In this document: in pieces, positions 1 through 5,990 of the stretch
Layout: the number at the start of each line of letters is the position of its first letter
Numbering within the stretch: position 1 is the first letter of the stretch
Virus record (IMG/VR): IMGVR_UViG_2778261418_000025
Span: 1 to 7,327 of that record
Source: a virus
Taxonomy: Duplodnaviria > Heunggongvirae > Uroviricota > Caudoviricetes
DNA: 7,327 bases
Reading direction: 5' to 3' (one strand)
Position numbers and translations under genes: made by a program
The notes under the pieces: generated by a model
Databases searched by the model: none
What the model saw: only the letters and a program-made list of their open reading frames with translations
What the model was told of the DNA's origin: nothing

Positions 1-333
1 TTACTGGCAGGCTTTTTGTCCAATGTAGTATGCAATTGAGCGGTCAACTATAGGGGCCATATTTGGATCTGGTGCTGAGTTATTCATCTGCTCGATGGTC
101 TCACCGTCTCCAAGATATTTAACTGTCCCGGCAGTACAGTCGTACAGCCGCTTTGAATATGATGTTCCAGACGGCCCCTTTCTTTCAGTTGTTATAGTAG
201 CCATGCTGCCGTCGCGAGTCTTATCTAAAATCGTGTAACTAGCCTTCGTATCTGTTGGCACATAAACAACCTCAGCCGCAAACACATTAAATGAAACTGC
301 TGCCCCTACAGCTAATATAATGAAATTTTTCAT
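1..333 (-). CDS. Small secreted protein of unknown function (about 110 aa precursor with N-terminal signal peptide); cargo/moron candidate downstream of tfa
   Basis: ATG at 333..331 with AGGA about 8 nt upstream; the track ORF 1..393 starts at TTG (393) and is probably over-extended. Product begins MKNFIILAVGAAVSFNVFAAEVV (basic residue, hydrophobic core, AxA-like site, no lipobox Cys). Two Cys in the mature part. Stop codon at 1..3. Region looks AT-richer than the rest by eye. Confidence 0.55.
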   Translation of the reverse strand: MKNFIILAVGAAVSFNVFAAEVVYVPTDTKASYTILDKTRDGSMATITTERKGPSGTSYSKRLYDCTAGTVKYLGDGETIEQMNNSAPDPNMAPIVDRSIAYYIGQKACQ

Positions 334-370
334 ATCCCTATTCCTATCATTTGAGTATGCAATAATCCTA

Positions 371-925
371 TCAAGGAACTGAGAAAACGACAAAACCCGC
401 GTTTTGCGGGCTGTCTGGAATGGTCAGGCAATGATGTTCTGGTACTTGCTCCGGGTCTGCCATGTCTAAATCAACGGCATCCTGCAATGTGGCAATGGCG
501 TCATTGGCCTGTTTAAGCAGGCTTTTCTTTTCGGCGTCTGCCTCGCTGACTAATACAATTCGCATGGCCTCCGCATCATCCACCCACGCCTTACCATTCC
601 ATTTTTGCCAGGCATTAGCCGGTGCTAACGTGGTTGTCCCTTCCGGGTAAACACCTGGCTCGGTGATCACCAGTTCATTACCGTTTTCTGTATCAAACAC
701 CACCTCACCACGATGATCCTCACGGGAAATCCATCTTTGCTTCTCTGAATCAAAAATTGCCACAAACCCCACTTTGATTACCGGTGGTTTTATTGTTGTG
801 CAGTTGGCTGGCAGTCCAGTATGCGCAGGAATAAAAGCATCACCTGAACCAATAAATTCATTCGTGTCGGAACGCAGGTTATAAACAGTAACTGTTTGAT
901 CGGTTTCACTCATTTTAAAAGTCAT
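371..925 (-). CDS. tfa: Tail fibre assembly protein (Tfa chaperone), 184 aa
   Basis: ATG at 925..923. N-terminus [48 protein letters not shown] closely matches the lambda Tfa N-terminus as I recall it (MAFRMSE...[20 protein letters not shown]). Its ATG overlaps the stop of the upstream fibre ORF (TAATG). Confidence 0.85.
   Translation of the reverse strand: MTFKMSETDQTVTVYNLRSDTNEFIGSGDAFIPAHTGLPANCTTIKPPVIKVGFVAIFDSEKQRWISREDHRGEVVFDTENGNELVITEPGVYPEGTTTLAPANAWQKWNGKAWVDDAEAMRIVLVSEADAEKKSLLKQANDAIATLQDAVDLDMADPEQVPEHHCLTIPDSPQNAGFVVFSVP
381..410 (-). terminator. Possible weak intrinsic terminator inside the last codons of tfa
   Basis: On the minus strand: CCCGC-AAAAC-GCGGG hairpin (plus 396-410) followed by TTTTGTCGTTTTCTC. 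Stem is only 5 bp and the element lies within coding sequence. Confidence 0.25.
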
Positions 926-1404
926 TATGCGAGTCTCACTATGTAGTTAAATGCAATATTCTTAACGGTCGTTTCTGCGTTGCCCGACGCGGCGATGGTA
1001 ATGGTGTGACTGTGTGCGCCAATGGCTACGGTATGAGAGTGAGCGCCAATACCTACGGTGTGATTATGTGCGCCAATGCCAACCGTATGGGCATGTGCCC
1101 CAGTAGACGATGTTGTTGCGGTTCCAACCGTAAACCCCGTAGCCCCCGCAGCGTTGTTTCCATCACCTTTTTCTTCATTAAGTACAGGCAGCGTATGTGC
1201 ATGCGCCCCCGTTGTATTTGTCGTTTTCGTGCCATAGTCAAATGTGCTCGCCGTTTTAGTACCGTAATCAAATGAGGATGTTGATTTCGTCCCCAAATCG
1301 GTACTGGATGCACTGGCTGTGTGTGAGTGGGATTTATTGCCATCATCTTCATAGGACAAAACTTCGCGGCCGTCTGGTTTCCCTTTGATTGTCCGGCGGC
1401 GCAT
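925..1404 (-). CDS. stf: Side tail fibre protein, C-terminal (receptor-binding tip) fragment, 5'-truncated; about 159 codons from an in-frame ATG
   Basis: C-terminus ...[58 protein letters not shown] with repeated GAHxH units and duplicated FDYGTK, typical of lambda Stf / P2 H / T4 gp37-type fibre tips. Far too short for a full fibre. The track ORF 925..1599 extends upstream only by running out of frame over the gpA 3' end. In-frame ATG at 1404..1402 sits 1 nt after the gpA stop (TGAcATG). Confidence 0.7.
   Translation of the reverse strand: MRRRTIKGKPDGREVLSYEDDGNKSHSHTASASSTDLGTKSTSSFDYGTKTASTFDYGTKTTNTTGAHAHTLPVLNEEKGDGNNAAGATGFTVGTATTSSTGAHAHTVGIGAHNHTVGIGAHSHTVAIGAHSHTITIAASGNAETTVKNIAFNYIVRLA
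1000..1110. repeat. 27-bp imperfect tandem repeats (about 4 units) encoding 9-aa HTVGIGAHx repeats
   Basis: Units beginning near 1014, 1041, 1068 and 1095 (gtgcgccaat.../gagcgccaat.../gtgcgccaat.../gtgcccc) on the + strand, matching the His-x-His protein repeats of the fibre tip. Confidence 0.7.
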
Positions 1405-1405
1405 G

Positions 1406-2542
1406 TCAGGAATAACACCCGACGGATACGCGATGGCCAGTAAAGGATATGCGCTGCACGTCCTCTGCATACTCGTTGCCCTGTTCCGTAATTTCATAGG
1501 CCAGACGAACAACCAGATCACGGCGGGCAACCAGTGCACCGCCCTGCGCCTGGGTATATGCAGCCCAGTCCCCGACATCAGCAGCGGCCAGAACCGCATC
1601 CATTCTGCGATCGGTCAGCACCTGATCCCGCAACCGACGCAGCTCACGCCAGACAGTTACCGGCGCACCACCAATCTGCTGAAACTGACGAATACGCCAG
1701 CGTGAAGCCCATGCAGAAACGGACTTAGCCATATCACGCAGGTTTTCGCCGGTTTCTTCGTCATGCTCACCATCCAGCGCAAAACCATCAATATTTTTTG
1801 AAATGTATTTCGCGATGTAGCCCGTGGCCGAACCTTTGGCGGGATCGATAGCTTCAACATGAAAACGCGCCTTCAGCGCCTTTTCAGATTGCAGTTCTTC
1901 AGAATCGGTAATTCTGGCGTGATAGCAAAGAATATCGCGTACCGTGTCCACGTCATGCGGACGCATAAAAAGCAACATATGCCAGTGCGGTGTCCCGTCA
2001 TGGTGAGGCTCAACAACCCGAAACCCAAATACATGAATACCCGCACGCGAGATCGCTGCGCGTGCTTTTGCCCATACGCCGCATAAATAGCGCTGGGTAT
2101 CCTGCGGCGTACATCCATCCCATTGCGATACAAAGCCACCTTTGCTGTGCACTGCGTGGAAACGTGATGGCGCGGTGATGGTGTAAAACTCACCGGCCAG
2201 CCCTTCTTCATTGGCCATATCTTCAAACCCTCGCATTCTTACCATTAGTTCACATCGACGGATCGCCGGATTTGCAACGCTGCGGTGCACCATGCTGTCC
2301 AGTGCAATGCGCAGCCCCTCATCATTCAGCAGATCAAACTTTTTAAAGAACTCCAGATTCCGCTTTTTCTGGTCTATCCATTCGTCCAGTGTTTTGCGGG
2401 ATACATAAGCGCTGGCCGCTTTTTGTACCTGTCCCACCGCGATGGCCATATGTTCGCGCTGCATATCACGCGCACGTTTAAGACGTAGGTACCACCATTC
2501 CGGCGCCATCATGCGCAGTATCCCGGATTCCGCCTTACGCAT
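1406..2542 (-). CDS. A: Rolling-circle replication initiator gpA (P2 A family HUH endonuclease), internal fragment lacking expected N- and C-terminal regions
   Basis: Contains [17 protein letters not shown] (HUH-type metal site) and [13 protein letters not shown] (paired catalytic Tyr), hallmarks of P2 gpA / phiX174 A-type initiators. At 378 aa it is about half the length I recall for P2 A. The frame is open only 15 codons upstream of the ATG at 2542 (stop at 2588-2590), and the ORF ends by abutting the fibre fragment. Confidence 0.75.
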   Translation of the reverse strand: MRKAESGILRMMAPEWWYLRLKRARDMQREHMAIAVGQVQKAASAYVSRKTLDEWIDQKKRNLEFFKKFDLLNDEGLRIALDSMVHRSVANPAIRRCELMVRMRGFEDMANEEGLAGEFYTITAPSRFHAVHSKGGFVSQWDGCTPQDTQRYLCGVWAKARAAISRAGIHVFGFRVVEPHHDGTPHWHMLLFMRPHDVDTVRDILCYHARITDSEELQSEKALKARFHVEAIDPAKGSATGYIAKYISKNIDGFALDGEHDEETGENLRDMAKSVSAWASRWRIRQFQQIGGAPVTVWRELRRLRDQVLTDRRMDAVLAAADVGDWAAYTQAQGGALVARRDLVVRLAYEITEQGNEYAEDVQRISFTGHRVSVGCYS

Positions 2543-3204
2543 TTCCAGTTGACCTTCATTGGCCTCATGTTCAGCCCAGTACCGCGCTCATGGTAAGCGG
2601 TGAAATTGTCGCTTTCAGTCAGATAAGGCGGATCACAGTAAACAACGTCATTCCCGTCCCGAACCAAATCGAGCGTTTCTGAATAGTGGGCAGTAATGAA
2701 CGTTGCGCGTTTCGCTTTTTCAGCAAAGGCACGGATTTCATCAGCGGGAAAATAAGGCTTTTTGTACTTACCGAACGGGACGTTGAACTGGCCTCGGCGA
2801 TTATACCGGCACAGGCCATTGAAGCAGTGGCGATTCAGGTACAGGAAACGCGCAGCATTTTCAACAGATTCAGAACCGGCCTTACCACCAGAAAGATTGA
2901 AAGCATCACGCACTGCGTAATAGAAAATGGCACGGCTTTCTTCATCACCTAACGAACCGGCAGTAAACAGGATCTCCAGCTCATTCAGCAGCGCATCAGT
3001 GTGATACGCCATCGCCTTATAAAGATTAACCAGATCAGGATTCACATCTGCGATCAGATACTCGTCATAATCCGTATTCATCATGACAGCGCAGGAACCT
3101 GCGAACGGTTCAACCAGGCGTTTACCTTCTGGAAGGTGCGGACGCAGCATAGGCATAATGCGGGCTTTGCTGCCCACCCATTTAAGCGGAGTTTTTATTG
3201 CCAT
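2509..3204 (-). CDS. dam: DNA adenine methyltransferase (Dam family), 3'-disrupted: native sequence to about 2588, then about 25 out-of-frame codons
   Basis: ATG at 3204..3202 with AAGG upstream; the track ORF starts at TTG 3225. Product MAIKTPLKWVGSKARIM...LVEPFAGSCAVMMNTDY...LYLNRHCFNGLCRYNRRGQFNVPFGKYKKPYFPADE...VVYCDPPYLTESDNFTAYHE parallels E. coli Dam through the DPPY motif. The following tail ([25 protein letters not shown]) uses rare codons (AGG, CGG, GGA) and ends where E. coli Dam would continue about 70 aa. Confidence 0.8.
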   Translation of the reverse strand: MAIKTPLKWVGSKARIMPMLRPHLPEGKRLVEPFAGSCAVMMNTDYDEYLIADVNPDLVNLYKAMAYHTDALLNELEILFTAGSLGDEESRAIFYYAVRDAFNLSGGKAGSESVENAARFLYLNRHCFNGLCRYNRRGQFNVPFGKYKKPYFPADEIRAFAEKAKRATFITAHYSETLDLVRDGNDVVYCDPPYLTESDNFTAYHERGTGLNMRPMKVNWKCVRRNPGYCA

Positions 3205-3428
3205 GCCGCACCGCCTTTGCTGCAAATCGCCGCGGCTTCTTCGCGGATCAACTCAACGATTTCCGTTGCGCTTAAACCTTCATTGGCTGCATGGGTGGCC
3301 AGCTTATTCAGACGGGTGGAACACAAATCAGCAGCAGCGGCTTTACCTTCCTGCGTGGCTTTGGTGAGCATTGCCAGCAGGTCAGTGACTGATTTTGTTG
3401 CGGGTAAATCCTGACGTGTCATATGCAT
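3195..3428 (-). CDS. Hypothetical Ala-rich 77-aa protein, translationally coupled to dam
   Basis: ATG at 3428 with AAGGA 7 nt upstream. Its stop overlaps the dam start by 10 nt (ATGGCAATAA). No recognisable motif. Confidence 0.5.
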   Translation of the reverse strand: MHMTRQDLPATKSVTDLLAMLTKATQEGKAAAADLCSTRLNKLATHAANEGLSATEIVELIREEAAAICSKGGAAWQ

Positions 3429-3495
3429 TTTGGTTTCCTTAAGGCAAAAGAATCCCCGGCCACTTGAAACATGGCCAAAAAATTCAGGCGGTTAA

Positions 3496-3897
3496 TTAGT
3501 GAAAAGTGGGGTGTACTGTGGCAGCTGAGTAGTTCGGTACCGGAATCAGGTGCAGTTCATAGGTTGTCCGCCACCACTCCTGGATCAGTGCATTTATCTC
3601 GCCAACTCCCAGCGCCCCGGCTGTATAGAAAATCGCACGAATCCCCGCCAGCGCTTCTATCTGGGCTTCTTTGCTTTCCGCTTCGCGATACACGCAGCAC
3701 CAGAAAGCGGCATTGATCGCCAGCCAGTGACGCGGATTCGTCATGTGCTCGGTGTCATTGAAGAAGAACGGATGCAAAGCGATGCGGCCATTTTTACTGG
3801 TGCTTTTCTCTGTAAACACTACAGCGTAGTTATGCGGGACACCCCACACAGCCAGTTCAGCCCCCAACGATTTACCCTCAACGGAAATAATGGTCAT
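3496..3897 (-). CDS. Hypothetical early-operon protein, 133 aa
   Basis: ATG at 3897..3895 overlaps the stop of the upstream ORF (TAATG). Coding-like codon usage. No recognisable motif. Confidence 0.55.
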   Translation of the reverse strand: MTIISVEGKSLGAELAVWGVPHNYAVVFTEKSTSKNGRIALHPFFFNDTEHMTNPRHWLAINAAFWCCVYREAESKEAQIEALAGIRAIFYTAGALGVGEINALIQEWWRTTYELHLIPVPNYSAATVHPTFH

Positions 3898-4325
3898 TAG
3901 TGATTCCCCTGTTGCTGGAACTTATGGACGATATGAGGTGCAATCACCATCTGTACCCCACTACTGCTATAAATTGGATGTGCCTTTTTGATCGGGCGGT
4001 TCGCGGTGCGCTTTGAAAAATCGCTGTCACGTAAACTGCCGAAACCTTCAAACGTTAACCGCGCCCGTGAAATGCCCTGGCGCAGTTGAATCATGTCCCG
4101 ATAGCCCAGGCGTTCATAAATCTCACGCCAGCAACATTTGCTTAAGTGGGCTTTAAATGCCCCGGAACCAGAAGTAACCGCAGCAGCATGAAGCACCACG
4201 CCGCGCCACTCCGGTGTTAAGTTGTCCCACCATTCAGCGGCCTCGCTGCTTTCGTTGAAGTATTTGCGGCGGATCTGTTTTAAATGCTCCAGCCCGCGCT
4301 TTTGCTGTTCCTGGCTAATCGCCAT
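3897..4325 (-). CDS. Hypothetical early-operon protein, about 142 aa from ATG 4325 (track gives 207 aa from a GTG at 4520)
   Basis: ATG at 4325..4323 preceded by GGGGG 4 nt upstream. The 65 codons upstream in the same frame contain several rare codons (AGG, AGA x2, ATA, GGG) and overlap a better-looking 57-aa ORF in another frame, so the long GTG-initiated model is probably an over-extension. Confidence 0.5.
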   Translation of the reverse strand: MAISQEQQKRGLEHLKQIRRKYFNESSEAAEWWDNLTPEWRGVVLHAAAVTSGSGAFKAHLSKCCWREIYERLGYRDMIQLRQGISRARLTFEGFGSLRDSDFSKRTANRPIKKAHPIYSSSGVQMVIAPHIVHKFQQQGNH

Positions 4326-4333
4326 AACGCCCC

Positions 4334-4507
4334 CTATAGTCCCATCAGACGACGCCACCACGGGCGGCGCGGCTGCTGGCCATTGAATTTGTACATGTGG
4401 CCAGGGTTCCAGCGCTGACCGTTTGGCAGTTCTATCCAGCCCGTTGAACCACTCGGCAACTGCATGGCTGGTGATTCTTTTTTCAGGTAAGTGACAAACG
4501 CTTTCAT
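4334..4507 (-). CDS. Small hypothetical protein, 57 aa (MKAFVTYLKKESPAMQLPSGSTGWIELPNGQRWNPGHMYKFNGQQPRRPWWRRLMGL), not in the supplied ORF track
   Basis: ATG at 4507..4505 with GAGGGA 6 nt upstream, 9 nt after the cII stop. Codon usage is typical (CTG, CCG, CGC, CGT, CAG, GGC). Stop TAG at 4336..4334 overlaps the SD of the next gene. Confidence 0.5.
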   Translation of the reverse strand: MKAFVTYLKKESPAMQLPSGSTGWIELPNGQRWNPGHMYKFNGQQPRRPWWRRLMGL

Positions 4508-4516
4508 GGTGTTCCC

Positions 4517-5020
4517 TCACATCAGGCCGGTGGCGTTGGTTGTGACCAGCTCCACCGCCGCAGCCAGAACAGGCGCAGAGTGAATACGGCTTTCAACGGT
4601 ATAAGCCAGCACGGATAAGCTACGGATTGCATCGCGGGCACGATCCAGAATTTGAGTACGGCGGGCGGCAGTCATATAGCCAGTTGATACGGCTTCCCCA
4701 GCAATCGCGCCCACACTGGCTGTGGCACTCAGTGCGCACAACTGCATGTTGCCTTCTGTGGCATTGTTCACCGGCACGGATGGAAGGCAGTTAATCTGAC
4801 CTAACATCCCATCAAGCAAACGCGCATCTTCGGTGTAATCCGTGATAGCCAAAAGCTCATCACAGGTCAGGCGGTGCGGTTGTGCTGGGTTCAGTTTGTT
4901 GCGCAGGATCTGCGGCCTCATACCAACGGCAGCGGCCACATCTTCAAGATTGTGCTCAATTGCAAATGCTCGGCAAGCCGCATCAAAGTGCGCATGTTTA
5001 GAGGTCTGGTAATCAAACAT
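4517..5020 (-). CDS. cII: CII-like transcriptional activator of lysogeny (phage 186 CII family), 167 aa
   Basis: MFDYQTSKHAHFDAACRAFAIEHN...GMRPQILRNKLNPAQPHRLTCDELLAITDYTEDARLLDGMLGQINCLP matches my recollection of 186 CII (MFDFQVSKHPHYDEACRAFA...GMRPQVLRNKLNPEQPH...). ATG at 5020 with GGGAGAGG 6 nt upstream. Confidence 0.8.
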   Translation of the reverse strand: MFDYQTSKHAHFDAACRAFAIEHNLEDVAAAVGMRPQILRNKLNPAQPHRLTCDELLAITDYTEDARLLDGMLGQINCLPSVPVNNATEGNMQLCALSATASVGAIAGEAVSTGYMTAARRTQILDRARDAIRSLSVLAYTVESRIHSAPVLAAAVELVTTNATGLM

Positions 5021-5050
5021 TGTTTGCCTCTCCCGAATCCGTAGGATGGA

Positions 5051-5272
5051 TTACGCGTTAAGCGAAATGTCACATTCGCTTAAAGCCTGAATAGTGAGCG
5101 CGGCCATGTTGACTTCGACCAAGCCTTTCTTCTGCTTACCCTTCGGCTTAATAGGTAATTTCCCGTATTCGATCAGGTTCCTGGCGGTTTCTTTGTTGGT
5201 ACCAGTACGGCGGCAATACTCGTCTAAAGGCAGGTATGGCTCAGGGATGATGATTGTAATGTTCGGACGCAT
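5051..5272 (-). CDS. apl: Apl/Cox-like small DNA-binding protein (excision directionality and lytic-switch regulator), 73 aa from ATG 5272
   Basis: First gene of the leftward operon facing cI, the position of 186 apl / P2 cox. Small and basic (MRPNITIIIPEPYLPLDEYCRRTGTNKETARNLIEYGKLPIKPKGKQKKGLVEV...). ATG 5272 has GGAG 8 nt upstream; the track start at 5305 is a TTG. Assignment is by synteny and size, not recognised sequence. Confidence 0.5.
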   Translation of the reverse strand: MRPNITIIIPEPYLPLDEYCRRTGTNKETARNLIEYGKLPIKPKGKQKKGLVEVNMAALTIQALSECDISLNA

Positions 5273-5343
5273 GAGGCAAACTCCACAAGTTAACCTGTAC
5301 GGCAATACAGGGTTATATAAGGCAACATTCGAAATATGGAGCC

Positions 5344-5372
5344 AGATTAATTCGCGTTTCGAGAAGTGTCAA
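5344..5372 (-). promoter_or_regulatory. Candidate lytic promoter (pR-like) for the apl-cII operon
   Basis: Minus strand: -35 TTGACA (plus 5372..5367), 17-bp spacer, -10 TAATCT (plus 5349..5344), about 65 nt upstream of the apl ATG. The -10 is a weak match, so the exact hexamer is uncertain. Confidence 0.45.
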
Positions 5373-5393
5373 TTTTAATTTCTCGAATCGAGA
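5357..5393. promoter_or_regulatory. Candidate operator: inverted repeats bracketing the -35 element
   Basis: TTCGAGAA (5358-5365) and its exact reverse complement TTCTCGAA (5380-5387) flank the -35, with a second palindrome TCTCGA-a-TCGAGA at 5381-5393. Three TCGAGA-type hexamers lie within 36 bp. Confidence 0.4.
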
Positions 5394-5407
5394 CTTATGG
5401 ATTCGCT

Positions 5408-5989
5408 ATGAGCACATTTAAAATCGACCTAAACGTAGATAGCACACCGATTCTTGACAGGGTGATCGAGGCTTACGGATTTACGCAGAAGTTACAGCTC
5501 GCGGAACATCTGGACATGGCAGCCAGTTCTCTTTCTTCACGCTACAAGCGTGGAGTTTTCCCGGCAGACATTGTCGTGAAATGTGTAGCCGAAACAGGCG
5601 CTAATCTGGAGTGGCTGGCGACAGGACAGGGACGTAAATTTAATGATGATGAATTAGACATACTCAAAATACCGCGCAGCAAGATTGTTGATGGCCAACT
5701 CTATGACGCTGGCACACTTATGCTTGATAAAGTCATCTTCCTGCCTGGTAAGCCCTTACCGCAACAACCGATTTGTGTTCTGGATGGCCTTGTTCAGTAC
5801 ATTGTTGACCAGTCTTATTCTGAAGTTTATGACGATGATTGGTTGGTTGAAGTTGAAGGAAAAACAAGCGTCCGCACTCTTACACGGATTCCGGTACGAA
5901 AAGTCAGAGTTAGCGGTGTTGGTATGGCATTTGATTGCGGAATTGACGACATAAAAATCATAGGCCGCGTTGTTCTGACGATAAAATAA
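5408..5989 (+). CDS. cI: CI-like immunity repressor (phage 186 CI family), 193 aa from ATG 5408
   Basis: MSTFKIDLNVDSTPILDRVIEAYGFTQKLQLAEHLDMAASSLSSRYKRGVFPADIVVKCVAETGANLEWLATGQG matches my recollection of 186 CI (VLDRICEAYGFSQKIQLANHFDIASSSLSNRYTRG...ETGANLQWLLTGEG). C-terminus ...FDCGIDDIKIIGRVV also parallels 186 CI. The track start at 5366 is a GTG with no SD. Confidence 0.85.
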   Translation: MSTFKIDLNVDSTPILDRVIEAYGFTQKLQLAEHLDMAASSLSSRYKRGVFPADIVVKCVAETGANLEWLATGQGRKFNDDELDILKIPRSKIVDGQLYDAGTLMLDKVIFLPGKPLPQQPICVLDGLVQYIVDQSYSEVYDDDWLVEVEGKTSVRTLTRIPVRKVRVSGVGMAFDCGIDDIKIIGRVVLTIK

Positions 5990-5990
5990 A

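Noticed and set aside
334-376. Own promoter for the secreted-protein gene (TTGATA 374..369, 17 bp, AATGAT 351..346 on the minus strand)
   Set aside because: The putative -10 abuts the SD, so the predicted transcription start would fall within or after the ribosome-binding site. Not reportable without transcript mapping.
925-1404. Diversity-generating or invertible fibre segment
   Set aside because: No invertase gene, no flanking inverted crossover repeats and no template-repeat/reverse-transcriptase pair in the window. The repeats are in-frame tandem units only.
1406-1599. N-terminal 65 residues of the 224-aa track ORF (925..1599) as part of the tail fibre
   Set aside because: This stretch is simply the gpA 3' coding region read in another frame. 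Fibre-like sequence only begins near 1404.
1006-3716. Numerous 60-140-aa ORFs on the + strand and overlapping - frames (e.g. 1006..1275, 1385..1705, 1859..2086, 2211..2408, 2686..2952, 3001..3414, 3471..3716) and - strand ORFs inside int (6131..6971)
   Set aside because: All lie antisense to, or out of frame within, genes with strong protein-family signatures. They show biased, Cys/Arg-rich compositions typical of shadow ORFs.
3897-4520. The 207-aa track ORF as a single gene starting at 4520
   Set aside because: Its start is a GTG with no SD and its first 65 codons are rich in rare codons, while another frame holds a well-signalled 57-aa ORF and an SD-led ATG at 4325. I split it into a 57-aa ORF and a 142-aa ORF.
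5094-5378. 94-aa + strand ORF spanning the apl start and the switch region
   Set aside because: It is antisense to the well-supported apl gene, has no convincing start signal, and would bury the promoter/operator region in coding sequence.
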